Positions 1 through 13,116 of a stretch of 64,000 bases of DNA are shown in pieces (the first letter of the stretch is position 1; every line of letters starts with the position of its first letter). The position numbers were made by a program, and so were the translations under genes. This DNA comes from Eledone cirrhosa (lineage: Eukaryota), in the NCBI GenBank assembly GCA_964016885.1, contig OZ024742.1, positions 33,666,001-33,730,000 of the forward strand, given 5' to 3'. The notes beneath the pieces are model-generated. The model had not been told where the DNA came from. It saw only the letters and a program-made list of their open reading frames with translations, and did not search any database.

Positions 1-521
1 TTTTATATTGATTTCCTGTTGGATTGCAAAAGCATATCCTTCAAAGTGAGAACCAATATAGCGGTTGTTGGTCCAAACTAGATTACTTTGATTTTATCTA
101 TATTACTCTCACTATGGAGTTTCCTGGCAACAATACTTATTCTCTTTTGTCTCTGATCAAGCTGACTTATTATCAAAGGTATTCATGCCATGACAATTCC
201 ATCTTATTTTTAAGAATAGGCTACCTCGGACTACAATATACAATATGCTGTTTGTTATCAGAATAACCTATGATATGAGTAAAATTTAGCAGCTATTTCT
301 AACAGGGGCTGGAGCAACCACATAGAGGTTCCGTCGCTGGTTCAATATGAATGACTGTGCTTGTGTAAGTGGTAGAGTATGAGTTTGTCTTCAAGATTCT
401 GAAGGAAAATAGTTGACTAAAATCTGCCATCAAAATAGCGAATTCTGTGCAAATAAAAGACAGGTTACAAATATTTCGGTATTTTCACTCAGATATTTGT
501 TGTTATTATTCTATTTTATCA

Positions 522-703
522 GGGCGGTGGATTGGCAGTATCAGTAAAAGGTCGGACGCCATGCTTTGACGCATAGAGTTACGCCCCTTTCCATTCCGAG
601 TTCAAATCCCGCCGAGGTTAACTTTGCCTTTCATCGGGGTCGATAAAATAAAGTACCAGTAATGCACTGGGTAATTGCTGGCCTTCTGCCAAAAGTAGAA
701 ACA
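522..703 (+). mobile_element. tRNA-derived SINE, full length with target-site duplication
   Basis: A-box-like TGGCAGTATCAGTA, B-box GAGTTCAAATCCC, family core, and a 15-bp TSD ATTATTCTATTTTAT at 505-519 and 704-718; more than 15 related copies in the window. Confidence 0.9.
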
Positions 704-1902
704 ATTATTCTATTTTATTATTTTTCTTTTGGCAATCTCATAATTTGTTCACTTCACGGAGATCCGAAGGAACGGAGAGGAAGATTACAAGATACTAAGT
801 CTTCTGAGGAAGACTTAGCTGCTTATTTCTAGCAGGGTTCTTAAGCGGCTACGTAGAGCTATGGTTCCCAAACTGTTTTTACTAACGGCGCACTTTAGAA
901 CGAATAAAACTATTTTATTCGTACCAATTCGTACCTAAATTTGAACATTTAGTCAAAGGAGTTATTTATCCATATTACTATAGCATAAAGTCAAAATAAA
1001 GATAATCAAAATTATTTATATTTCCTTCTTTAGTCAATAAATGGAGTATAGTTATCAATGAGAAATATGTCTGGTTTTTTGGCAATGTTTTCATTCTTAG
1101 TTTACTTGTTACTACTTTGACAGTTAAATATGGACTTTATTTTGAATTTCAATTTGTATTTTTCACATTTCGAAACAGAATCTTGCTCTTTTGTGGCGCA
1201 GATAGTTACATCTTGCGGCACACCAGTGTGTCGAGGCACACGACTTGGGAAGTAGTGACGCATAGGTTCCGTTGTTGGCTGAATCAATATGAATGACGTT
1301 GTTTGGGTAGGCAGAAGAGTAGAATTTTGTGTTCAAGGTGCCATAGGAAAAAAAAAAATGTTGCCTTAAATCTAATACTCTGTAGTATCGGACATCAGAA
1401 TACCAGCGTACTTTTCAAATCATAAAAAAAGGAACTGATCGGTAAAAAGAAACAATGTTTCCATTGGTCTTTCCATTATTGATATTATCTGCCAGTCAGA
1501 ACTCTTGGGAGAAGGCATTGGGATAATCAGAGCCAGATCAGATACTGCAAATCTGCAAAGTATCCAATCCGACGCTTCCAAAAACCCACTAACCCTTGGA
1601 CAAGTATCTTATTTATCGATCCCGAAAGGATGAAAAGTAAAATTGACTTTGGTATGATTTGAACACAGTGCGCAGAGAGCTGGAACAAATACCGGAACAT
1701 TTAATCCGACCATCGAATGCCTATACCAATTCATCACCAAAATCAAAGGAAGGCTACAAATATTTCGGTACATTCACTCAGTTATTTGCTGTTGTGGTTG
1801 TTGTTTTGTTTTTGGTAATCACGTCTTTGAGAGTTCTTCTCATTTGTTCAGTGACGGACACTGGAACAAAGAGCAGGACTCAGGAGGAGGTTACAACGAA
1901 CA

Positions 1903-2553
<651 letters not shown>

Positions 2554-2869
2554 TAATCTGTTCGTGTTATTCAAGAATAAATATTATAATTGAACTATTC
2601 CACCGTGATAATTAAGCTTTGGTTTCCGGGATGTTACACTGTTGGTCAAGAGGTCACGTATCTGACCTTTTACATGAACATCCAACATTTTGGAGACTCA
2701 GGTGTTTATTTAAAAGGCGGAATTTCATAGTTCTAGTACAGGAATATCCTCTTTTACTCGTGTGGCTGTTAAAAGTCTGGTGGTATTTATGTCCTAGAGG
2801 GAAACGTTTGCCTATAAGTGCTCAATCATTTTACTCCAGAATTACCTCCTCTCTATCACATCACTAATA

Positions 2870-3480
2870 CAGCTCGTGAAAACTGAAAACAACAGAACTG
2901 TAACACCGACTTCCAACAGGTAGAAACAATAGTTTATAACTTTGCCTATTAATCCGTATGGTGAGCAAATGGCGTTTTCTCGGAGGATGGTAAGGGAGAT
3001 GCGCTGGAAGAGCCATTCCAACTCGCGAGGCTCACATCTGCGGCTGGCCAGCTCAGCGCCTATGGTGGTGAATAGGGAGGTAGCCCTAGGGCCAAGGACA
3101 CCAGAAGTCTCCACTGCCAAGGGCACGACCGCGAACCTGTCGGAGAGCGACCGGTACTTGAAGAGTTTGGCCTCCTCAGACCGACGAGCAGCAGAACCTG
3201 GGTTAGTCGCAGACTGCACCAGGTTGCGGCTGGAGAAAGTGTTGCTGCAATTGGCATCCCAGACGATGGGTTTGCCACCGCGGAACTTGAAGATGGTCAT
3301 ACGGTCTGGCCTTTTGCCATCCCCTCGGTCCAGCCCCACCGGCTTGAGCTGGGAGGGGAAGCCTGCAGCGTCAAGCCATGTTTAATGACCTCGTTGAGGG
3401 CAGCATGGCGTGGAGGGCGACCGGCACTGTAGCGACAGGAAAGCGGGTGGAGTCCAGCTTTGACGTCAAAGGAGAAAGGA
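2870..3480 (-). mobile_element. 3' fragment of a CRE-clade non-LTR retrotransposon (Zn-knuckle remnant plus restriction-like endonuclease), frameshifted
   Basis: HPLSC..GR..RHAALNEVIK, DGKRPDRMT, IVWDANCSNTF, EEAKLFKY, VPLAVETSGVLG, WLFQRISLTILRENA. Confidence 0.85.
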
Positions 3481-3509
3481 GGTGGAGAGAGAACCACGTA
3501 GAGGCTATA

Positions 3510-3950
3510 TGTCTAGGTTCTTTTCTGTTCATTTTAGGGCAGTGGTCTGGAGCGTAGACAATTTCTTCTGAGAAGCTGCTGTTGCTTATGGCTGTTTTAT
3601 AGTATGGGGTTGCCCTGTAAAAGATCGTTTTGTTGGATGAGAGGTTGGATTCACACTTGCTAATGTTCTTAACTAGGTTCTTAAAGACTATAGGTGGATG
3701 GCAAGCGTTTTTATGAATATATCTAAGATTCTCGCTAAACTTATGGAAAAGTTTATATGAGTGTGTGTATACGTAGGTCTAGGCTTAGGCCTAAGAAGTT
3801 GACACTGTAAAGGTTAGTAGATACTGTAAAATTTAGTCTTAGGACGCTAAAAGTGGTAATTAAGTTCTTCCAAAAGGTGTTGAGGTCAGAGTCATTTTTT
3901 ATGGCTCACTAGGGCCAGACAATCGTCGCAGTATAAACCCGTCTGAAATT
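3510..3950 (-). pseudogene. Penelope-like element RT fragment (motif C to thumb), degenerate
   Basis: hand translation gives GLYCDDCL (3940-3917, compare GLYRDDGL), VNFLGLSLDL and LRYIHKNACHPPIVFKNLVKNI..NLSSNKTIFYRATPYY. Confidence 0.75.
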
Positions 3951-4372
3951 CCACCAAATCGAAAACATAGACAGATGGTTAGGTAGATAGTTTGATAGTT
4001 TGATAGATAGATAAATAAATAGATAGAGAGAGAGACAAACAGTCAGACAGAGAGGTAGATACACAGATAGATAAACTGTTACGTAGATGGACAGATCTAA
4101 TTTGTTTTATTTACTGTCCGAAGATAACACGCATGTCTGTATACATACATATGTATGAATAAATAAATATATACATGTATATATGTCTGTCTGTATATAT
4201 AAATATATATTTAAGACAGAAACAAACATTCAATGTTTACCACTTATCGCAGAACATCGACGTATTGATACACACAGAATAGAAGTGAGAAAAATTTACC
4301 AATAGGTATTGTGTTTTTTTTCACTTTTTTGCTGTATCACTTCCTAGTTGCACTAAGTGGTTGCCATTATAA

Positions 4373-4444
<72 letters not shown>

Positions 4445-5740
4445 AATAAGTACAGAACACCACGCAAGGCTACTTCTAAGAAAGAAAGAACACACTACAT
4501 TTGTAGAGTAACAGCTTTATTGTAGTTAATGGAAAGTTCCCTGCCTCACAGGGACTAACTATTTATTTACACTGTAAGAATATGAAGAATGGAAGTAGTA
4601 TTCGTAGCGAATGAGATGAGTTCGGCTCAGAATGATGTGATATGTGAGAGGTGTGATTGTTTTATTTTGCTAGTGGGGAGGTTTATTTGAAGGCAGCTTG
4701 TCTGTGTGTATGTGTGTAGATGTGACCAGGTGGATTAGGTGGTGGTATATAAATAAGTTTGTATAATGGCTTTGTTTTGGTCATTAAAAAATAAAGTTTG
4801 ATAAATTCATTTTTGAATAGGATGGTATAGGATGGGGCAGAGTGTTGTGGCAGTTAAAAATAAATGAGGAAAATAGACGATATGTAAGTTTATTTGTAAG
4901 AGACGAATTTTTTGGTGCATAAAATTTGTTTTGGGAAAGTCTGATATCAGAGGATAGAACAAAGATGAAGTGGTGTGTGTGTGGAGGGAGTAGGTTAGTG
5001 ATTGTGTGGTTTGTTTGTGAGTAAAGAACTTTAAGGTGGGTAAATTTGTTTTGGAAGCAATGAAGGTCAGAGTGTAGAATAATGTAGAGTCTGTGTAGCG
5101 TATGGTCGTGGTTGGTAGGGAGACATGTTTTCTGGTTTTCAAGTTCATTAATTTCATAGTTTAATTATTGGAAAGTGTGTGAGGTTTGTAGGAGACGATG
5201 TTGAAGAATTGAACTAATAATCATGTTTATATGTAAGAGGGAAAGGGGAGTAAAGGTGTGGTGTTAACTATGGCAGAGATGTGTGGATGTATAAATACAA
5301 ATAAATTATAATTAACATACATACATATATCCATATACGAACTAACAAACATACACGTACAAATGCATATACAAAAATACAGACACCAATACACACAAAC
5401 ACACACACACACATATATATATATACATACAGACATTATTAGATAAACTTATATACATGAAGACACGTATGTTTATGTAGAGGGGGAGAGAAGTGTAGGT
5501 CGATGTGCAATCACACACACACGCACACACACATAACTCCACCATATATATATGGATATACCCATGCTCACACACACACACACACACACACACACATTAT
5601 TCAGAAGGAAACGGTGGCAGTGTCTTCAAAGATTCACCCCACTATCAGGCTAAAATTTCTTTAGTAAAAAAATACGGCGAAAGCTTTTATTTCTAATTTC
5701 AAACTCGCTCGCTGTTTCAAAACATACTTACTTGTCACAC

Positions 5741-5800
<60 letters not shown>

Positions 5801-5807
5801 ACCCACC

Positions 5808-5854
<47 letters not shown>

Positions 5855-5855
<1 letters not shown>

Positions 5856-6025
5856 AATCGGGATGGATTCAGTAAGAAACTGGTTAGACGACTCGATTCT
5901 TGGAGTAGTAGAGTATGGTTATAAGAATGAGTCAGGACCCCAACGGCTAAGCTTATGCCATTTCAACTGGGACTAACTGCTGAAAATACAAGAGCTCAGC
6001 CGTCGGGGTCCTGCCTCACTCATTC

Positions 6026-6030
<5 letters not shown>
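5855..6030. repeat. diverged member of hairpin family A, microsatellite-flanked
   Basis: AGAATGAGTCAGGACCCCAACGGCT...AGCCGTCGGGGTCCTG..ACTCATTCT imperfect inverted repeat; similar to 6071-6258. Confidence 0.6.
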
Positions 6031-6070
<40 letters not shown>

Positions 6071-6071
<1 letters not shown>

Positions 6072-6255
6072 CGAAGGAAATGTGGTAAGGAACCAGGTGG
6101 ACCATAACGCACCAAAGTACTCAATACTTGAGGTAGTAGAGTGGGTAATAGGAACCAGTAAGACCCCGACAGCTGAGCTCAAGCCGTTTCGACGGCTAAT
6201 TCAGAATTAGCCGTCGAAACGGCTTGAGCTCAGCTGTCGGGGTCTTACTGGTTCC

Positions 6256-6258
<3 letters not shown>
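6071..6258. mobile_element. (TA)n-embedded fold-back element, family A (probable PLE pseudo-LTR end)
   Basis: perfect 55-bp arms 6148-6202 and 6204-6258 with a 1-nt loop plus a one-sided extension; related copies at 6854, 18495 and 26294. Confidence 0.75.
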
Positions 6259-6286
<28 letters not shown>

Positions 6287-6611
6287 AATAATATTGCCAG
6301 AATTAATAACAGAACACACTCACTGTCTGGTTGGTTTTCGCTTCTGTGTCTTTTATATCGGTTAATTTAATTTATTCGGTCCTCAATGTTGCCATTGACA
6401 GACCAATGGCCAAAAATACAGATACAATATAGACACAAACACATATATATAGTCTATCAAAGTTCTTTCGTTGCATATCTGCAACATCGTCAGTGGTGCT
6501 ATTATGTTCCCTCCCGTTGCATTGTATGCTTACACCATCTTTATTTAGTCTGTATATTTATTTATTTGTTTATTTTTTTTTTGTCTTCTCTGTGCACAGA
6601 TATTATATGTT

Positions 6612-6732
6612 ATATCTGAGTTCAAATCCCGCCGAGGTTAACTTTGCCTTTCATCCTTACGGGGTCGATAAAATAAAGTACCAGTAATACACTGGGTAAT
6701 TGCTGGCCTTGTGCCTAACGTAGAAACAATTA
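6612..6732 (+). mobile_element. 5'-truncated SINE
   Basis: B-box, core and tail match the family at 522-703. Confidence 0.85.
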
Positions 6733-6791
6733 TATGTTATATATATATATATAGATGTTATATATATATATATATATATATACATATATAC

Positions 6792-6853
<62 letters not shown>

Positions 6854-6855
<2 letters not shown>

Positions 6856-7067
6856 CAAAGGAATTGTGGTAAGGAACCAGATGGACCATAACGCACCAGA
6901 GTACTCAATACTTAGGGTAGTAGAGTGTGAAATAGGAATAAGTATGACCCCAACGGCAGAGCTCAAACTGTTTCGACGGCTATTTCTGGACTCGTAAAAA
7001 TCATTATGTCCAGAAATAACCGTCGAAAGGGGTTGAACTCTGCCGTCGAGGTCATACTTTTTCCTAT
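6854..7067. mobile_element. (TA)n-embedded fold-back element, family A
   Basis: inverted arms spanning 6932-7067 with a short loop; near-identical to the reverse complement of 26294-26523. Confidence 0.75.
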
Positions 7068-7127
7068 ATATATATATATATATATATGCATATTATAATG
7101 TAAACAGAATGAACAGAAAATACATGA

Positions 7128-9860
7128 AGGCGCAGGTATTTGTGTGAGGGTAATGAGTTGGATTGCCAGCTACGTAGCTTTAGGTTCAGTTCTAATTGCT
7201 CGGTAACTTGCGAAAATGTCTTATACTATAGCATGAGGTTGAGCAATCTTTTGTGAGTAACATTAACTAGATGGAAACTGAGCAGAACCCTGTCGAATAT
7301 AGGTATGTGTGTGTCAGTGTTTATATTTATATTGGTATATAGGTATGTGTGTGTCAGTGTTTATATTTATATTGGTATATAGGTATGTGTGTGTCAGTGT
7401 TTATATTTATATTGGTATATAGGTATGTGTGTGTCAGTGTTTATATTTACATTGGTATATAGGTATGTGTGTGTCAGTGTTTATATTTATATTGGTATAT
7501 AGGTATGTGTGTCAGTGTTTATATTTACATTGGTATATAGGTATGTGTGTGTCAGTATTTATATTTATATTGGTATATAGGTATGTGTGTGTCAGTGTTT
7601 ATATTTATATTGGTATATAGGTATGTGTGTGTCAGTGTTTATATTTATATTGGTATATAGGTATGTGTGTGTCAGTGTTTATATTTACATTGGTATATAG
7701 GTATGTGTGTGTCAGTGTTTATATTTATATTGGTATATAGGTATGTGTGTCAGTGTTTATATTTACATTGGTATATAGGTATGTGTGTGTCAGTGTTTAT
7801 ATTTACATTGGTATATAGGTATGTGTGTGTCAGTGTTTATATTTATATTGGTATATAGGTATGTGTGTGTCAGTGTTTATATTTACATTGGTATATAGGT
7901 ATGTGTGTGTCAGTATTTATATTTATATTGGTATATAGGTATGTGTGTGTCAGTGTTTATATTTACATTGGTATATAGGTATGTGTGTGTCAGTGTTTAT
8001 ATTTACATTGGTATATAGGTATGTGTGTGTCAGTGTTTATATTTATATTGGTATATAGGTATGTGTGTGTCAGTGTTTATATTTACATTGGTATATAGGT
8101 ATGTGTGTGTCAGTATTTATATTTATATTGGTATATAGGTATGTGTGTGTCAGTGTTTATATTTACATTGGTATATAGGTATGTGTGTGTCAGTGTTTAT
8201 ATTTACATTGGTATATAGGTATGTGTGTGTCAGTGTTTATATTTATATTGGTATATAGGTATGTGTGTGTCAGTGTTTATATTTACATTGGTATATAGGT
8301 ATGTGTGTGTCAGTATTTATATTTATATTGGTATATAGGTATGTGTGTGTCAGTGTTTATATTTACATTGGTATATAGGTATGTGTGTGTCAGTGTTTAT
8401 ATTTACATTGGTATATAGGTATGTGTGTGTCAGTGTTTATATTTATATTGGTATATAGGTATGTGTGTGTCAGTGTTTATATTTACATTGGTATATAGGT
8501 ATGTGTGTGTCAGTATTTATATTTATATTGGTATATAGGTATGTGTGTGTCAGTGTTTATATTTACATTGGTATATAGGTATGTGTGTGTCAGTGTTTAT
8601 ATTTACATTGGTATATAGGTATGTGTGTGTCAGTGTTTATATTTACATTGGTATATAGGTATGTGTGTGTCAGTGTTTATATTTATATTGGTATATAGGT
8701 ATGTGTGTGTCAGTGTTTATATTTACATTGGTATATAGGTATGTGTGTGTCAGTGTTTATATTTACATTGGTATATAGGTATGTGTGTGTCAGTGTTTAT
8801 ATTTACATTGGTATATAGGTATGTGTGTGTCAGTGTTTATATTTATATTGGTATATAGGTATGTGTGTGTCAGTGTTTATATTTACATTGGTATATAGGT
8901 ATGTGTGTGTCAGTGTTTATATTTACATTGGTATATAGGTATGTGTGTGTCAGTGTTTATATTTACATTGGTATATAGGTATGTGTGTGTCAGTGTTTAT
9001 ATTTACATTGGTATATAGGTATGTGTGTGTCAGTGTTTATATTTACATTGGTATATAGGTATGTGTGTGTCAGTATTTATATTTATATTGGTATATAGGT
9101 ATGTGTGTGTCAGTGTTTATATTTACATTGGTATATAGGTATGTGTGTGTCAGTGTTTATATTTACATTGGTATATAGGTATGTGTGTGTCAGTGTTTAT
9201 ATTTACATTGGTATATAGGTATGTGTGTGTCAGTGTTTATATTTATATTGGTATATAGGTATGTGTGTGTCAGTGTTTATATTTACATTGGTATATAGGT
9301 ATGTGTGTGTCAGTGTTTATATTTACATTGGTATATAGGTATGTGTGTGTCAGTGTTTATATTTACATTGGTATATAGGTATGTGTGTGTCAGTGTTTAT
9401 ATTTACATTCGTATATAGGTATGTGTGTGTCAGTGTTTATATTTACATTGGTATATAGGTATGTGTGTGTCAGTGTTTATATTTATATTGGTATATAGGT
9501 ATGTGTGTGTCAGTGTTTATATTTATATTGGTATATAGGTATGTGTGTTTCAGTGTTTATATTTACATTGGTATATAGGTATGTGTGTGTCAGTGTTTAT
9601 ATTTATATTGGTATATAGGTATGTGTGTGTCAGTATTTATATTTACATTGGTATATAGGTATGTGTGTGTCAGTGTTTATATTTACATTGGTATATAGGT
9701 ATGTGTGTGTCAGTATTTATATTTACATAACATGTCGATAAATAAAGATAAATAAAATAAGTACCTCACTTGAAAAAAGAACTGAGGTAGAAATGACCGA
9801 CTAAATCCTTTGAAGGCGGCACTCCAGCATGACCGCAGTCAAATGACTGAAACCAGGAAA
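7128..9860 (+). mobile_element. old second-family SINE split by an internal minisatellite
   Basis: tRNA-like head (GGCGCAGG...GGTTCAGT) at 7128-7295 and tail ...CTCCAGCATGACCGCAGTCAAATGACTGAAAC at about 9820-9853; family recognised from memory. Confidence 0.55.
7298..9728. repeat. 40-bp minisatellite, about 61 copies
   Basis: unit GTATATAGGTATGTGTGTGTCAGTGTTTATATTTAYATTG. Confidence 0.98.
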
Positions 9861-9968
9861 ACAATGATTTCTTAAAAGAATATAACGTATCAAAAATAAA
9901 ACACATCTATGTTTCTAATCCTGGCCATAACAAATGACATAAATAGATATAAAAACGTAATCAACCTG

Positions 9969-9981
9969 ATCATCATCATCG

Positions 9982-10050
<69 letters not shown>

Positions 10051-10195
10051 GCAACAACAGCAGTAGCAGCAGTAGCAACAGCAGCAGTAGTAGCAGCAGT
10101 AGCAGTAGTAGCAGCAGTAGCAGCAGTAACAGCAGCAGCAACAGTAGCAGCAGTAGCAGCAGTAGCAGCATCATTACCATCAACATCATCAATAT
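9969..10195. repeat. (CAT)n and (CAG/TAG)n microsatellite
   Basis: direct reading. Confidence 0.95.
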
Positions 10196-10270
10196 CTTCA
10201 CCACCTGTCCCTGTACCCTAGTCTACAATACCAAACTACACTGCCACTATCATCAACACCAACAGCCGTT

Positions 10271-11297
10271 CCAGCGGCAACCCGGTGCCGTCTGCGACTA
10301 ACCCAGGTTCTGCTGCACGTCGGGCTGAGGCAACCTGGTGCAGTCTCCGACTAACCCAGGTTCTGTTGCACGTCGGGCTGAGGCAACCTGGTGCAGTCTC
10401 CGACTAACCCAGGTTCTGTTGCACGTCGGGCTGAGGCAACCTGGTGCAGTCTCCGACTAACCCAGGTTCTGCTGCACGTCGGGCTAGGGCAACCCGGTGC
10501 AGTCTCCGACTAACCCAGGTTCTGTTGCACGTCGGGCTGAGGCAACCTGGTGCAGTCTCCGACTAACCCAGGTACTGCTGCACGTCGGGCTGAGGCAACC
10601 TGGTGCAGTCTCCGACTAACCCAGGTACTGCTGCACGTCGGGCTGAGGCAACCTGGTGCAGTCTCCGACTAACCCAGGTACTGCTGCACGTCGGGCTGAG
10701 GCAACCCGGTGCAGTCTCCGACTAACCCAGGTTCTGTTGCACGTCGGGCTGAGGCAACCTGGTGCAGTCTCCGACTAACCCAGGTTCTGCTGCACGTCGG
10801 GCTAGGGCAACCCGGTGCAGTCTCCGACTAACCCAGGTTCTGTTGCACGTCGGGCTGAGGCAACCTGGTGCAGTCTCCGACTAACCCAGGTACTGCTGCA
10901 CGTCGGGCTGAGGCAACCTGGTGCAGTCTCCGACTAACCCAGGTACTGCTGCACGTCGGGCTGAGGCAACCTGGTGCAGTCTCCGACTAACCCAGTTTCT
11001 GTTGCACGTCGGGGAGCTGAGAAGGCCAAACTCTTCAAATACCGGTCGCTCTCCGACAGGTTTGCAGTTGTACCCTTGGCAGTGGAGACTTCTGGTGTCC
11101 TCCGCCCTAGGGCTACCTCCCTACTCACCACCATAGGCGCTGAGCTGGCCAGCAGCACGTGTGAGCCTCGCGAGCTGGAATGGCTTTTCCGTGTGTCTCC
11201 CTTGCCGTCCTCCGGGGAAACGCCTTCTCCATTCTGTCCGCCGGGGCTGTGGGGAGGCCACCAATATGATTGACTAACTTGTTATCTTATCAGTCAG
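10271..11297 (+). mobile_element. CRE 3' fragment whose 5' part is amplified as 14 x 53-bp tandem repeats (10277-11015)
   Basis: unit GCAACCTGGTGCAGTCTCCGACTAACCCAGGTTCTGYTGCACGTCGGGCTGAG runs into EKAKLFKYRSLSDRFAVVPLAVETSG. Confidence 0.9.
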
Positions 11298-11304
11298 TGT
11301 AGAT

Positions 11305-11457
11305 ATTTTGACGCATAGAGTTACGGCCCTTGCCATTCTGAGTTCAAATCCCGCCGAGTTTAACTTTGCCTTTCATCCTTACGGAGTCGATAAAATAAAG
11401 TACCAGTAATACACTGGGTATTTGCTGGCCTTGTGCCAAAAGTAGAAACAATTATTA
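11305..11457 (+). mobile_element. 5'-truncated SINE
   Basis: family core and tail. Confidence 0.85.
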
Positions 11458-11520
11458 CTAAACTGCACACATCAGTTTCAGTTTCACACACACACACGCA
11501 CACACACGCGCGCGCACGCA

Positions 11521-11650
<130 letters not shown>

Positions 11651-11782
11651 GATATGTGTGTGAGTGTGTCACTTCTCTACATTCCAACATCACATCATCA
11701 TCCTGGCCATAACCATGTTGCTATAAAACACTACTTTCTACATTTTTCTTCAAAGAATATCTTCTTCTGTGGTGAATGGCTG

Positions 11783-12135
11783 CCTGATAAGATCACTAGT
11801 CAGTCAATCATATTGGTGGCCTCCCCACAGCCCCGGCGGACAGAATGGAGCAGGCGTTTCCCCAGAGGACGGCAAGAGAGACACACGGAAAAGCCATTCC
11901 AGCTCGCGAGGCTCACACGTGCTGCTGGCCAGCTCAGCGCCTATGGTGGTGAGTAGGGAGGTAGCCCTAGGGCCGAGGACACCAGAAGTCTCCACTGCCA
12001 AGGGTACAACTGCAAACCTGTCGGAGAGCGACCGGTATTTGAAGAGTTTCGCCCCCTCAGCCCGATGTGCAACAGAACCTGGGCTAGTCGTAGACTGCAC
12101 CAGGTCGCGGCTGCAGAAAGTGTCGGTGCAAGTGA
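11783..12135 (-). mobile_element. CRE 3' fragment
   Basis: TCTDTFCSRDLVQS...AKLFKYRSLSDRFAVVPLAVETSGVLG. Confidence 0.85.
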
Positions 12136-12440
12136 CTATGTTGCTGTGAAATATACACCCGTAAAAGAACACACCTGTATTCAATGACACTCAATCATCA
12201 GAAACCATAGAAGGGATTTGTTTTCTTTTTTACTTAAAAAAGATTTATATGTTTACTAATCAGTGTCAGGTATAAACCATATATCGAATAACAAAACCAT
12301 TGTAAAAGAAGGGAGATACTCTTTCAGGCAAACTTCCAGTACATTTAAGTGCAACGTGTGTGTGTGTATGTGCAAGTGCGTGTATATATATATATATATA
12401 CAATCACACACACACACATGTATCTATCTATATATATATA

Positions 12441-12657
12441 TATTTATTAAAATAACAGATTAAAGTTTAAGCAAAGAATCGCTGCTTTCACCCTTAACGG
12501 GATCTTCACCCGTTAAGGGTGAAAGCAGCGATTCTTGGCTTAAACTTTAATCTGTCATTTTAATAAATATTTTAATAAATATTTGCTCTACGGTTCTTAT
12601 ATATTTGATATATATTTATCCTTATCGAGCCCTTTGGATTTTAGTCTTCAAATTTAT

Positions 12658-12660
<3 letters not shown>
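12441..12660 (+). mobile_element. fold-back pseudo-LTR end of the Hydra-like PLE family, in (TA)n
   Basis: inverted arms spanning 12441-12569 centred on the HHR stem II region; same sequence as the ends of 19248-20910. Confidence 0.8.
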
Positions 12661-12705
<45 letters not shown>

Positions 12706-12708
<3 letters not shown>

Positions 12709-13052
12709 AAAGGTAAACAGAAATAACAACACAATCAGTACAGTATATGGAAGGTATATATTAGGTTAACGCTTGATATAGCAGGAAGAGGGTCTTAACG
12801 TTTCGGGTGCTAGTCCTTCATCAGAAGAAAGAATGAGAAATAAAATAGATTGAGGGGACGGGCGGGATGGAATTGGATAAAATGTCTTTAGATAAAAATA
12901 ACAGCTCCATTCATGTTGATATCTCTTGCAAAACTGTTGGTGCTGGCGTTTTGTGTATGATTTGTTTTTTTAGGAAAGTCGATGATGGAGCGCGTCTGCC
13001 TGAAATGGAAAAAAATGAAATGAAAAGAGCTATACTTGAGCACGTTTGTAAG

Positions 13053-13116
<64 letters not shown>

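Noticed and set aside
522-620. tRNA gene
   Set aside because: A/B boxes are present but there is no cloverleaf and the sequence continues into the SINE core and tail
4232-4369. Very degenerate hairpin next to (TA)n
   Set aside because: Only short patchy complementarity; may be an old fold-back but cannot be supported by eye
4440-5280. Strand-skewed, TA-flanked segment with a 116-aa ORF, possibly an old PLE piece
   Set aside because: No recognisable motif
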